Of a stretch of 64,000 nucleotides of DNA, positions 53,486 to 63,314 are shown piece after piece. The notes under the pieces are model-generated. The model was not told where the DNA came from. It was given only the letters and a program-made list of their open reading frames with translations, and did no database searches. The translations under genes were made by a program, and so were the position numbers. This stretch comes from Cyanobacteriota bacterium. Lineage in GTDB: Bacteria; Cyanobacteriota; Cyanobacteriia; PCC-6307; Cyanobiaceae. The stretch lies in NCBI GenBank assembly GCA_046052125.1, contig JBJOMY010000004.1, forward strand, positions 224,001 to 288,000, read 5' to 3'. Position 1 is the stretch's first letter, and each line of letters starts with the position of its first letter.

Positions 53486-53995
53486 TCACTCCGGGGAGCG
53501 CAAGTGCATCAGGGCCTGCAGGATCGCTTCGATGCTGCTGGCGTGGGCGGGCTTGTTGTTGTTCGCGATCAGCTGCCTGCCCACCACATGGGCGCCCAGG
53601 TGGGCTAGCTGGATTCTTAGGGCGGTGAGCACCTCATAACCACCGCTGCCCGAGTGGCTGGCCATGGCGATGGGACGGCCGTTGAACAGGGCTCTGAAGT
53701 CGTCTCCCAGCACGGACAGCCAGGCGAAGGCACTGGTGAGCACCGGTGGGATGGAGCCGTTGTATTCGGGTGCGCAGATGATCCAGCGCTGCCCCTGTTG
53801 CAGTCGAGCCTGCAGCGCCAGCAAGCCCTCAGGTTGACCGGCATCCCGGCGTCTCGGGGTGAATAGGGGTAGGTCCAGCTCGGTGAGATCGATCAGATCG
53901 ATGCTCAACCCCTGGGCTTTGGCTGCATCAGCGAACCGGTTGGCGAGGTTGAGGTTCTCCCCGTTGCTCGCCGCCACGATCAGGATGTCGTTCAT
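53486..53995 (-). CDS. NADPH-dependent FMN reductase
   Basis: DLPLF, APEYNGSIPPVL, FNGRP, SHSGSGG. Confidence 0.92.
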   Translation of the reverse strand: MNDILIVAASNGENLNLANRFADAAKAQGLSIDLIDLTELDLPLFTPRRRDAGQPEGLLALQARLQQGQRWIICAPEYNGSIPPVLTSAFAWLSVLGDDFRALFNGRPIAMASHSGSGGYEVLTALRIQLAHLGAHVVGRQLIANNNKPAHASSIEAILQALMHLRSPE

Positions 53996-54707
53996 GGGTG
54001 TGGATGGCAGGCCTCACCACGATCAAGCAACTCCTAGAGCTCTGCAAGCTGATTGACCTCAGAGGCATCTGCTCTCCGCCGATCGCGGTAGTCGCTGTGG
54101 ACGATGCAGTGGCTGTTTGATCCTGGAGAGCACATCACCAAGCGTTGCTCAACGCTAAGTAGTTTTGGTTGAAAACCAAGCACATTCGAGCGTTGTTGTT
54201 GATCGGCATTCTCTGGGTCGTTAGTCCATTGTTTTAGCCGTTGCGTTGTCCCCATGGACCTCTTTGTGTTCAGGGATTGCGGCTTGGTTGCTCTTTGTTC
54301 GCTTCCGTGGTCTATCGCAAGAGCTTTGGATGGGTATCCAAGCGTTGGGCGTTCAGTCATCGCTGGCCTGAGCAGGGGCTCTGCGCGGCTTTGGAGCTCC
54401 CGGCTCGGGGATTGTTTAAACGCTTTGGAGCTGGCTGCCGGGCCTGGCCATTGGGCCTTCTGAATATTTTCTTTATGAATCCGGCCTCGCGCTGCTCTTT
54501 GTCGGACATTTGTTTGTTGGTGCTAACCAGGTTCTGGTCAGTGTCGGCCTGTTTTGGCGAACACACCTGGCAGGTCTGCCGGGTGGCTTAGGCGTAAGTC
54601 GTCGATTGCTGTTTGCGGCTCTCTCGGTAGTTGGCAATTCATCACAGCTCCATGCGCATCCGAGCCGAGCTGGTCAAGCTGTGACAAGTGTTGTCTGGCC
54701 CATCCCC

Positions 54708-55205
54708 ATGCTTGAGCTGCTGCCGCCGCTCAACGACCACAACCTGCCTTGGATGGACACGATCCATCCCATCGTCGTTCACTTCGTGATCTCGATGGCG
54801 TTGATCGGCTTCGTCTTTGACGCGATCGGCGTTGTCTGGCGCAAGCCAGCCCTGTTCGAGGTGAGTTTCTGGAACCTGCTCTTCGCCACTGGCGCCATCT
54901 TTGTGGCGATCATCTTTGGTCAGGTTGAGGCTGGCTTGGCCGCCCCCTACGGAGCTGCCCGCAACATCCTCGACATTCACACCACGATCGGCTGGTCGCT
55001 AGCTGGGGTCCTATCCCTCCTCTCCGGTTGGCGTTACGTGCTGAGGAGCCGTGATCCTCAGATCCTGCCGGTCTCCTTCCTAGGGGCCGGGTCCGTGGTT
55101 AGCGCCTTGATCGTGGTTCAGGTGATCTTGGGCGACAAGCTCATTTGGACCTATGGCCTGCACACCGTGAAGGTGGTGGCTGCGATGCGGGAGGGCCTGA
55201 TCTGA
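54708..55205 (+). CDS. DUF2231-family membrane protein (copy 1)
   Basis: IHPIVVHFVI, four TM helices, further His in DIHT and YGLHT. Confidence 0.85.
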   Translation: MLELLPPLNDHNLPWMDTIHPIVVHFVISMALIGFVFDAIGVVWRKPALFEVSFWNLLFATGAIFVAIIFGQVEAGLAAPYGAARNILDIHTTIGWSLAGVLSLLSGWRYVLRSRDPQILPVSFLGAGSVVSALIVVQVILGDKLIWTYGLHTVKVVAAMREGLI

Positions 55206-55834
55206 TGCTTTTTGCCCTTGCTTACACGCCTGAAAAGGCGCCCATCGACCAGATCGCAGCTGGTCTTGGACCCAATGGCTTGCCCTACAGCCTGCCGATC
55301 CACCCCAACCTGGTGCACCTCACGATCGGCTTATTCGTGATTGCCATTGCCTTTGATGTGGTTGGAGCCCTCTATCCGTTGGAAAAGCGGGTGTTCCGCT
55401 TTTTGGCGCTCCCCATTACCCGCGGCGGTTTTCACGATGTGGGCTGGTACAACCTCCTGGCCTGTTGTCTGGTTTCCTTTTTCACCGTCGCGGCCGGTTT
55501 CTACGAAATGCTCACGGCCGTGCCCCTCCCTGGGGTGAAGAGCACGTTTGGTCTCGGTGGCATGACCACCATGCTTTGGCACGGCGTTGGCGGCGTGTTG
55601 GTGCTGGCGGTGATTGTCGGCATGACGGTTTGGCGTGGCTTCCAGCGCTTCTTTTGGAGGCGTGACATGGGTCGTCAGGTGCAGTGGCTGTATCTCGGTG
55701 TTGGGATCGTGATGTTTGCGGTCATTGGCCTGCACGGAACGCTTGGTGCCCAGCTCGCCGCTGAATTTGGTGTGCACATTGCTGCCGATCAGCTGCTTCA
55801 GGCCGGCGCTGACTTGCATACGGCTCTGCCCTGA
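55205..55834 (+). CDS. DUF2231-family membrane protein (copy 2)
   Basis: IHPNLVHLTIG, LWHG, GLHGTLGAQL, FGVH; TGATG overlap with copy 1. Confidence 0.85.
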   Translation: MLFALAYTPEKAPIDQIAAGLGPNGLPYSLPIHPNLVHLTIGLFVIAIAFDVVGALYPLEKRVFRFLALPITRGGFHDVGWYNLLACCLVSFFTVAAGFYEMLTAVPLPGVKSTFGLGGMTTMLWHGVGGVLVLAVIVGMTVWRGFQRFFWRRDMGRQVQWLYLGVGIVMFAVIGLHGTLGAQLAAEFGVHIAADQLLQAGADLHTALP

Positions 55835-55846
55835 GGAGATATCCCG

Positions 55847-56785
55847 ATGACGAGTTCCTCATCCCGTTCGATCAATGCGCCTGCGGTGGCAGGTGTCAGC
55901 CTCTGGGTCGGCCTAACTGTGGTGTTCAGCCACTGGATGGGCCAACAGGCTCACCGCTGGCTGCCGGTTCAAGCGTCAACCGCAGCCCCGTTGGTTGACG
56001 ACCTCTTCAGCTTTGAGACGTCCATCGGCACCTTTGTGTTTGTCGGTGTGGTGTCGGTGATGCTGTGGGTGATGTTGTTTAACCGCGCTGAGAAATACGA
56101 CGACAGCGACGCCGTGCCGATCGAGGGCAACACGCGCCTGGAGATCATCTGGACAGCGGTTCCCTTCGTGTTGGTGATGGCGATCGCCTTCTACACCATT
56201 CGAGCGACCAGCGAGCTCGGTGTCTTAGGCCCGATGGAGCACATCCACCCTCGCAACCAACAGGAGGAGCTAGGCGGCTACCCCGGCGATCGTCTGCCTG
56301 CTGAGCAGGTGGAAGTGATTGCACGCCAATGGTCCTGGGAGTTTCGCTATCCCGATGGCAACGTCTCCTCCACGGAGCTCCATCTGGCGGTTGATCAACC
56401 AGTGACGTTCCGTCTGGTTTCAGAGGACGTGTTGCACGGCTTCTACATTCCGGCCTTCCGAATCAAGCAGGATGTGATTCCTGGTCGCGCGATCGATCTC
56501 AACATCACCCCCACACGCGAGGGTGTCTATCGCTTGCGTGACTCCCAGTTCAGCGGCACCTGGTTTGCTGCCAACCAGGCCGATGTGGTGGTGGAGAGCG
56601 ATGAGGTGCATCGTGCCTGGCTTGAGCAGGCTGCGCGAGCTCCCCTGCAGCCAGGGTTGACGCTCGCTGTCTCTGAATACGCCACCCGTCAGGCCCGGCC
56701 AAATCCAGGTTGGGCGACTGTGCCGCCTGCTCCGCCCCCTCAGGTGAATGTGCCTGGTTCCCCCGATCAACCCCACGACGCCTGA
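55847..56785 (+). CDS. ctaC: Heme-copper oxidase subunit II, ARTO type (no CuA)
   Basis: GNTRLEIIWT, QWSWEFRY, DVLHGFYIP, DVIPG; CxExCGxxHxxM replaced by DSQFSGTWFAAN; GAGGAG RBS. Confidence 0.93.
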   Translation: MTSSSSRSINAPAVAGVSLWVGLTVVFSHWMGQQAHRWLPVQASTAAPLVDDLFSFETSIGTFVFVGVVSVMLWVMLFNRAEKYDDSDAVPIEGNTRLEIIWTAVPFVLVMAIAFYTIRATSELGVLGPMEHIHPRNQQEELGGYPGDRLPAEQVEVIARQWSWEFRYPDGNVSSTELHLAVDQPVTFRLVSEDVLHGFYIPAFRIKQDVIPGRAIDLNITPTREGVYRLRDSQFSGTWFAANQADVVVESDEVHRAWLEQAARAPLQPGLTLAVSEYATRQARPNPGWATVPPAPPPQVNVPGSPDQPHDA

Positions 56786-58461
56786 TGACCATCGCCACCT
56801 TCCCACCTGATCCCAAGCCGGAACCCGGCTGGAGCCGTTACTTCGGCTTCTGCACCGATGCCAAGGTGATTGGCATTCAGTACATCGTGACCGCCTTTTT
56901 CTTCTTTTTGATTGGCGGCTTGCTGGCGATGGTGATCCGCGGAGAGCTGATCACGCCGGAATCAGATCTGGTTGACCGTGCTGTGTACAACGGCATCTAC
57001 ACGATGCACGGAACAATCATGTTGTTCCTGTTCATCTTCCCGGTGCTCAATGGGCTCAACAATCTGTTGATTCCCACCATGATCGGTGCGCCCGACATGG
57101 CTTTCCCCCGCCTAAACGCGGTGGCTTTCTGGCTGGTTCCCATCTTCGGCTTCCTGTTGATGGCCAGTTTTCTCGTGCCAGGTGGACCGGCGTATTCAGG
57201 ATGGTGGAGCTATCCGCCCGTGAGTATCCAGAACCCTGTGGGCCATCTCCTCAACGGTCAGGGTTTGTGGATTACGGCCGTCGCTCTATCGGGCGTGTCG
57301 TCGATCATGGGTGCGATCAATTTCGTCACCACGATCCTGCGGATGCGGGCTCCGGGGATGACGATCACCCGCATGCCTGTCTACTGCTGGACTGCTCTTG
57401 CGGCCCAGTCGTTGCAGCTGATCGGCCTGCCAGCTCTCACGGGTGGAGCGATCATGCTCCTGATGGACTTGAGCTTTGGCACCAGCTTCTATCGACCTGA
57501 AGGTGGTGGTGATCCAGTCCTTTATCAGCACTTCTTCTGGTTCTATTCGCATCCGGCGGTCTATGTGATCATCCTGCCGGTCTTTGGAATCTTCTCTGAG
57601 CTTTTTCCGGTCTATTCCCGTAAGCCCCTCTTTGGCTACCTGTATGTGGCTCTGGCCTCGTTCATCATCGTTGGCCTGGGCTTGATCGTGTGGGTTCACC
57701 ACATGTTCCCCAGTGGTGTTGCTCAGTGGATGCGCAATTTGTTCATGGTCACCACCATGCTGATCGCCGTTCCCACTGGCGTGAAGGTGTTTGCCTGGCT
57801 TGGCACGCTCTGGGGAGGCAAGATCCGGCTCACCACGCCGATGTTGTTCAGTCTTGGTGGGCTGTTCAACTTCGTTTTTGCTGGCATCACCGGTGTGATG
57901 CTGGCAACTGTCCCGGTCGACATTCACGTGTCGAACACCTACTTCGTGGTTGGTCACTTCCACTACGTGATCTACGGCGCCGCTGTGATGGGGATCTTCG
58001 CTGCGATTTACCACTGGTTCCCCAAGTTCACTGGTCGGATGCCCTACGAGGGCCTGGGCAAGCTCCACTGCCTGCTCACCTTTGTGGGTGCAAACCTCAA
58101 CTTCCTGCCCATGCACCCTTTGGGGCTGATGGGCATGCCTAGGCGAGTCTCCAGCTACGACCCTGAGTTCACCTTCTGGAATGTGATCGCCAGCCTGGGA
58201 GCGTTCCTGCTTGGGGTTTCGATCATTCCTTTCCTGCTCAATATGGTGAGTTCCTGGATCCGTGGTCCTAAAGCCACCCACAACCCGTGGAATGCCATCG
58301 GTCTTGAATGGCTGTTGCCGTCACCGCCGCCGGAAGACAACTTCGGTGAGGAGGTGCCCACGGTGATTAGTCGCCCCTATGGCTACGGCACCGGTGAGCC
58401 TTTGGTGGAACACCAGGCCGAGATTGAGCGTCGCCTTGAACTGCAGGAGGCTGCGGCATGA
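56785..58461 (+). CDS. ctaD: Heme-copper oxidase subunit I (ARTO)
   Basis: TMHGTIM, DMAFPRLN, FWFYSHPAVY, WVHHMF, HFHYV, GMPRR; all six His ligands present. Confidence 0.97.
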   Translation: MTIATFPPDPKPEPGWSRYFGFCTDAKVIGIQYIVTAFFFFLIGGLLAMVIRGELITPESDLVDRAVYNGIYTMHGTIMLFLFIFPVLNGLNNLLIPTMIGAPDMAFPRLNAVAFWLVPIFGFLLMASFLVPGGPAYSGWWSYPPVSIQNPVGHLLNGQGLWITAVALSGVSSIMGAINFVTTILRMRAPGMTITRMPVYCWTALAAQSLQLIGLPALTGGAIMLLMDLSFGTSFYRPEGGGDPVLYQHFFWFYSHPAVYVIILPVFGIFSELFPVYSRKPLFGYLYVALASFIIVGLGLIVWVHHMFPSGVAQWMRNLFMVTTMLIAVPTGVKVFAWLGTLWGGKIRLTTPMLFSLGGLFNFVFAGITGVMLATVPVDIHVSNTYFVVGHFHYVIYGAAVMGIFAAIYHWFPKFTGRMPYEGLGKLHCLLTFVGANLNFLPMHPLGLMGMPRRVSSYDPEFTFWNVIASLGAFLLGVSIIPFLLNMVSSWIRGPKATHNPWNAIGLEWLLPSPPPEDNFGEEVPTVISRPYGYGTGEPLVEHQAEIERRLELQEAAA

Positions 58462-59042
58462 CCAGCACCACACTCTCGCAAGAAGGCCAGCATGAGGCCC
58501 ATCTCAAGCACAACCTCACAGGGTTCATCATCTTCCTGTGCTCGGAAAGTGTGATTTTTCTGGCCTTCTTCAGTGGCTATGCCCTGTTGAAGACCAGTGC
58601 TCTTAATTGGTTGCCCGCCGGTGTGGATGGTCTGGAGTGGCGCACCCCGCTGGTGAACACCGTGGTGTTGGTGTCGAGTTCAGGCACCATTGCGCTGGCG
58701 GAGCACTTCAAGGGCCGGGAGAACATGGCCTTGTTCCGCGGCTTCTGGCTGCTCAGCATGGCGATGGGCGCTTACTTCCTCTATGGCCAGGCCGTGGAGT
58801 GGAGCGGGCTGAAGTTCGGCTTCACCTCGGGCACCTTCGGCGGCACCTTCTATCTCCTCACAGGATTCCACGGATTGCACGTTGCCACCGGCATCCTGTT
58901 GATGGGTTTGATGTTGATCAAATCCTTCATCCCTGGCAATTACAGCGGCGGTGAACAGGGTGTTCAGGCCACATCTTTGTTCTGGCACTTCGTGGATGTG
59001 ATTTGGATCATCCTCTTCTTGCTGATTTACGTGTGGCAGTAA
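58458..59042 (+). CDS. ctaE: Heme-copper oxidase subunit III (ARTO)
   Basis: FLCSE, NTVVLVSSS, TGFHGLHV, FWHFVDVIW. Confidence 0.96.
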   Translation: MTSTTLSQEGQHEAHLKHNLTGFIIFLCSESVIFLAFFSGYALLKTSALNWLPAGVDGLEWRTPLVNTVVLVSSSGTIALAEHFKGRENMALFRGFWLLSMAMGAYFLYGQAVEWSGLKFGFTSGTFGGTFYLLTGFHGLHVATGILLMGLMLIKSFIPGNYSGGEQGVQATSLFWHFVDVIWIILFLLIYVWQ

Positions 59043-59055
59043 ACGGAGCTGAATC

Positions 59056-60570
59056 ATGATTATCGACGACAACCATTACAACGTGATCGTGATCGGCAGT
59101 GGTGCCGGTGGAGGAACCCTCGCCGGTCAACTGGCCCGCTCCGGCAAAACCGTTCTGCTGTTGGAGCGTGGTGGCCAACTGCCCCTCGTTGATCAGAACG
59201 TTGCTGATGTGGATCTGTTTCGCAAAGACCGCTATCACCCCGGTGAGCAATGGTTTGGGACAGACGGCGATCCCTTCTCTCCTCAGACGGTGTATGCCCT
59301 AGGCGGCAACACCAAGATCTGGGGCGGTGTGCTCGAGCGGATGCGCGAGCGTGAGTTCAGCGGTCTGCCTCTGCAGGACGGACCTTCTCCCGGTTGGGAA
59401 ATCAGCTATGGCGATCTAGCGCCTTACTACGAGCGGGCCGAAACGCTTTACCGCGTGCATGGCAAGGCCGGTCTGGATCCCACCGAGCCCGCCCGCACCG
59501 CTGGCTATGCCCATGGCCCGAAGCCAATCGAGCCGTTCATGCAGGAACTGCGCAGCAGCCTGCAGCGGCAAGGACTCCATCCCTACGACCTGCCGATCAG
59601 TTGGTCGGACTCCCAGGTGGATCCCAGTGGAGATGCCGAGCTTTTTGGTGTTGAGTTGGCCCGGCAGGACTCCAACATTTGTGTGCGCGAACGTGCTCGA
59701 GTGCGTCGGCTGCATGTGAATCCGAGCGGCACGGAAGTGCGTGGTGTGGAGGCCGAAATCGATGGCAACCAGTGGTTGTTCACCGGTGATGTTGTTGTGC
59801 TGGCAGCCGGCGCGATCAACACCGCTGAACTTCTACTGCGTTCCGCCACTGAACATCACAGCCGCGGTTTGTCGAATGGATCGGATCAGGTGGGCCGCAA
59901 CCTGATGAAGCCGCAGCTCACCTCCGTGATTCAGCTGGCCGCCGAACCCAATTCCGGCCGCTACGGCCGAAGCCTCGGTATCACCGATTTCTACTGGGGC
60001 GATCAGAACGTGAATTTCCCGCTGGGTTCGGTGGCCACAGGTGGTGGCGTGCTGCAGGACGCTCTCTTTGCCGAGTCGCCGCCGGTGTTGTCACTGGTGA
60101 CCAAGCTGATGCCCAGTTTTGGTCTTGAGCAACTGGCCGCACGCTCGGTGGCCTGGTGGGCCATGAGTGCGGTGCGGCCTGACCCCCACAACCGCGTGAC
60201 CCTGCGAGGTAACCACCTGCAGATCCACTACCTGCCGAACAACCGTGAGGCCCACGACCGCTTGGTGTACCGCTGGATCGACACCCTGAAGCAGGTGGAG
60301 AACGATCCCGAGTGCCATGTGGTGAAGCCTGCTCCCACCCACCCGCGGGGAGAAGCACCGCTCACGGTGATGGGCAGCGTTTGCGGGACCTGCCGGATGG
60401 GCTCCAATCCGGCCACATCGGTTGTTGATCTTCAGGGTCGCAGTCACGAGCTCAGCAATCTGTTCATCGCCGATGCGAGCATCTTTCCGAGTTGTCCTGC
60501 CGTTGGTTTTGGGCTCACGGTGATCGCCAATGCCCTTCGCATTGCTGATCGCGTGTTGGAGGTTCTGTGA
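59056..60570 (+). CDS. GMC-family flavoprotein, atypical (catalytic His and Cys motif not seen)
   Basis: IGSGAGGG, LERG, GGNTK, LAAGA, GTCRMG, DASIFP. Confidence 0.9.
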   Translation: MIIDDNHYNVIVIGSGAGGGTLAGQLARSGKTVLLLERGGQLPLVDQNVADVDLFRKDRYHPGEQWFGTDGDPFSPQTVYALGGNTKIWGGVLERMREREFSGLPLQDGPSPGWEISYGDLAPYYERAETLYRVHGKAGLDPTEPARTAGYAHGPKPIEPFMQELRSSLQRQGLHPYDLPISWSDSQVDPSGDAELFGVELARQDSNICVRERARVRRLHVNPSGTEVRGVEAEIDGNQWLFTGDVVVLAAGAINTAELLLRSATEHHSRGLSNGSDQVGRNLMKPQLTSVIQLAAEPNSGRYGRSLGITDFYWGDQNVNFPLGSVATGGGVLQDALFAESPPVLSLVTKLMPSFGLEQLAARSVAWWAMSAVRPDPHNRVTLRGNHLQIHYLPNNREAHDRLVYRWIDTLKQVENDPECHVVKPAPTHPRGEAPLTVMGSVCGTCRMGSNPATSVVDLQGRSHELSNLFIADASIFPSCPAVGFGLTVIANALRIADRVLEVL

Positions 60571-63257
60571 TGGTTCTCTCCAGCTCCCTCCCGGGTGGTT
60601 CGGAACATCGCCGCATGGCGGAGCGGGATCACGAGCACGTTCCTTGGAATCGTTGGGGGAGTTACCTGCCTGAACGCCAGTGGGGAACGGTCCGCGAGGA
60701 CTACTCCGCCGATGGCAACGCCTGGGCCTCATTTCCCCACGACCATGCCCGCTCGCGTGTGTACCGCTGGGGTGAGGACGGATTGCTCGGCATCTGTGAT
60801 GACCAGTGCCGCTTGTGTTTTTCCGTTGCTCTCTGGAACGGTGAGGACGCCATCCTCAAGGAGCGACCGTTCGGCCTTGCCAACGAAGAGGGCAACCACG
60901 GCGAAGACATCAAGGACTACTACTTCCACCTCGCCAATACGCCCACCCATAGCTTTATGCGGGGCTTGTACAAGTACCCGCAGCAGCGCTTCCCCTACCA
61001 GGAGCTGATCGACGAGAACCGGCGCCGGGGACGCGAGCAGCCCGAGTACGAGCTGGTGGATACGGGCATCTTTAACCAGAGCCGCTACTTCGATGTGTTC
61101 ATCGAATATGCCAAGGCTTCTCCTGATGACATCGCCATCCGGGTCCGGGCGATTAATCGCGGCCCCGACCCTGCGCCGCTCACCCTGCTGCCCACCCTAT
61201 GGCTGCGGAACACCTGGAGCTGGGGCTATCCCGATGAGCACGCACAACCGATGCGCCTCGATGGCGACAGCGTGCTGGCTTCAGTGGGCGGAGGTTTAGG
61301 TGACTACCGCTTGCATGCGGCAGGTGGCGGTGAGTGGATCTTCACCGATAACGAAACCAATACGGAGCGTCTTTACCAGGAGCCCAACCAGAAATCCTTC
61401 CAGAAAGACGGCTTTCACCGCTATCTCTGTGACGGCGAATCAACAGCGATTAACCCGGCCCAGCAGGGCACCAAAGTGGCTCGCCTGTTGCAACGCACCC
61501 TGCAACCCGGCGAGGAATGGCAGGTGGAGCTGCGGCTCGTGGGGCCGGAGAGTTCCCCTCCGCCACAACCTTTCGGTGCTGAGTTTGAAGCGCTCTTTCG
61601 AGAAAGGGAACAGGAATGGCACGACTTTTTTGAAACCATCGTCCCCAACCTCTCTGAGGACGACCGTCTGATCCACACCACTGGGTTAGCCGGTTTGCTC
61701 TGGTGCAAGAAGTATTACGGCTGGAGTGTGCTGCGCTGGCTCGATGGCGATCCCAACGCACCCACACCACCGAGCCAGCGCTGGCATACCCAGAACGCGG
61801 CCTGGCAGCGCTTGCATGCCCATGATGTGATTTCCATGCCCGATGCATGGGAGTACCCCTATTTCTGCCAGTGGGACCTGATGTTCCATGCGGTGGCGTT
61901 CGCGATTGTTGATCCCGCCACGGCTAAGGAGCAATGCATGTTGCTGCGTTCGCCGCATTACACCGCACCGAATGCGCAGACGCCTGCCTATGAGTGGGCC
62001 CTCTCCGATCCCAATCCACCCATCGGTGCCTGGGCAGCGATGCGTGTGTTTCAGATTGAGCGAAAAGCCACCGAAGAGCCTGATCTCGGCTTCCTTCGCG
62101 CCGCCTTGCGCAAGCTGATCCTTGAATACGGCTGGTGGGCCAACCGCAATGACCGCTCCGGCGACAATGTGTTTGAGGGTGGCTTCCTCGGGCTCGACAA
62201 TATTGCTGTCTTCGATCGGCGTTTCCCTCTTGCTGACGGCAGTCGGATTGAGCAGTGCGATGGCACGGCCTGGATGGCATCGCTCAGCCTCAACCTGCTC
62301 AATATCAGTGTTGAGCTGAGCCGGGAGGAGCCTGAGTATGCCGATATTTGTGAACGCTTCGTTTACGACTTTGTTCAACTCGCTCTCACGCTGAATACGG
62401 CGGGGAATCGCGGCTATGTGAACTGGGACGAGGAGGACGGCTTCTATTACGACGTGATCAAGCGTCCCGACGGCAGCAGCACTTACTTGCGCTCGCGTTC
62501 GGTGTCGGGCTTGGTGCCGTTGCTTGCGGTGGCCAGTTTTGATGTGGATACGGTGAAACGGTTGCCGGTGTTGAATGTCTCCGAGAGCTTGAAGTGGTTC
62601 CTGCACGAGCGCACAAAGCCTGCCTGGCTGATCCACAACTTTGGTCAATGGCGCAACGACCGGCTGCTGTTCTCCCTGGTTCCTGAGGATCGCCTGCGCC
62701 GCATCTGTGAGCGCTTGTTTGATGAGGATGAGTTCCTCTCACCCTATGGCATTCGTGCACTCTCCAAGGTGTACGCCGACCACCCCTACACCTTTACCGA
62801 GGGGAGTGATAGTCAGACCCTGGCCTATAGCCCAGCCGATAGCCCGGTGCCGATGTTCGGTGGTAATTCCAACTGGCGAGGACCGGTGTGGATGCCGATC
62901 AATCACCTGTTGATCGAAGCGCTGCAGAAATTCGGCCACTACTACGGCGATACCTTCCAGGTGGAGTTCCCGACCCGTTCCGGGAACTGGGTGAACCTCT
63001 GGGATGCCTCACTGCTGCTTGAACATCGGCTGGCCAACATCTTCCGCCGCGATGAACAGGGTCGTCGCCCGTTCAACGGTGAGGTTGAACTGTTCCAGAA
63101 CGATCCCCATTGGCGTGATCTGATTCTGTTCAATGAGTATTTCCACGGTGATAACGGATCCGGTGTGGGTGCTAGTCATCAAACCGGTTGGACCGCCATG
63201 GTTTGCAAGATGATCAATCAGTTGAGCCGCTATTCCACTCCGTCCCAAGGCTCATGA
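60567..63257 (+). CDS. MGH1-like / GH63-type glycoside hydrolase (glucosidase), start uncertain
   Basis: ERQWGTVREDYS, GNHGED, MPDAWEYP, YEW, GFLGLDN, NSNWRGPVW, FNEYFHGD, ASHQTGWT. Confidence 0.9.
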   Translation: MMVLSSSLPGGSEHRRMAERDHEHVPWNRWGSYLPERQWGTVREDYSADGNAWASFPHDHARSRVYRWGEDGLLGICDDQCRLCFSVALWNGEDAILKERPFGLANEEGNHGEDIKDYYFHLANTPTHSFMRGLYKYPQQRFPYQELIDENRRRGREQPEYELVDTGIFNQSRYFDVFIEYAKASPDDIAIRVRAINRGPDPAPLTLLPTLWLRNTWSWGYPDEHAQPMRLDGDSVLASVGGGLGDYRLHAAGGGEWIFTDNETNTERLYQEPNQKSFQKDGFHRYLCDGESTAINPAQQGTKVARLLQRTLQPGEEWQVELRLVGPESSPPPQPFGAEFEALFREREQEWHDFFETIVPNLSEDDRLIHTTGLAGLLWCKKYYGWSVLRWLDGDPNAPTPPSQRWHTQNAAWQRLHAHDVISMPDAWEYPYFCQWDLMFHAVAFAIVDPATAKEQCMLLRSPHYTAPNAQTPAYEWALSDPNPPIGAWAAMRVFQIERKATEEPDLGFLRAALRKLILEYGWWANRNDRSGDNVFEGGFLGLDNIAVFDRRFPLADGSRIEQCDGTAWMASLSLNLLNISVELSREEPEYADICERFVYDFVQLALTLNTAGNRGYVNWDEEDGFYYDVIKRPDGSSTYLRSRSVSGLVPLLAVASFDVDTVKRLPVLNVSESLKWFLHERTKPAWLIHNFGQWRNDRLLFSLVPEDRLRRICERLFDEDEFLSPYGIRALSKVYADHPYTFTEGSDSQTLAYSPADSPVPMFGGNSNWRGPVWMPINHLLIEALQKFGHYYGDTFQVEFPTRSGNWVNLWDASLLLEHRLANIFRRDEQGRRPFNGEVELFQNDPHWRDLILFNEYFHGDNGSGVGASHQTGWTAMVCKMINQLSRYSTPSQGS

Positions 63258-63288
63258 CAATTGGGCGACAACCGCCTTAATTGTTTCT
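63258..63288 (+). terminator. Possible weak terminator/processing hairpin between glucosidase and second GMC
   Basis: CAATTGGGCG-ACAAC-CGCCTTAATTG then TTTCT. Confidence 0.35.
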
Positions 63289-63314
63289 AGCTTGCGGGTA
63301 CTGACGGTATCCCT

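Noticed and set aside
54160..54345. Short inverted repeats (TTGGTT-GAA-AACCAA, TTGGAT-GGGT-ATCCAA) as ncRNA or operator
   Set aside because: Stems of 6 bp occur by chance; no recognisable RNA family or regulator consensus
53384..54700. tRNA-Leu as integration site of a mobile island
   Set aside because: No integrase, transposase or duplicated tRNA 3' end visible in the window, and an ordinary FMN reductase gene follows the tRNA
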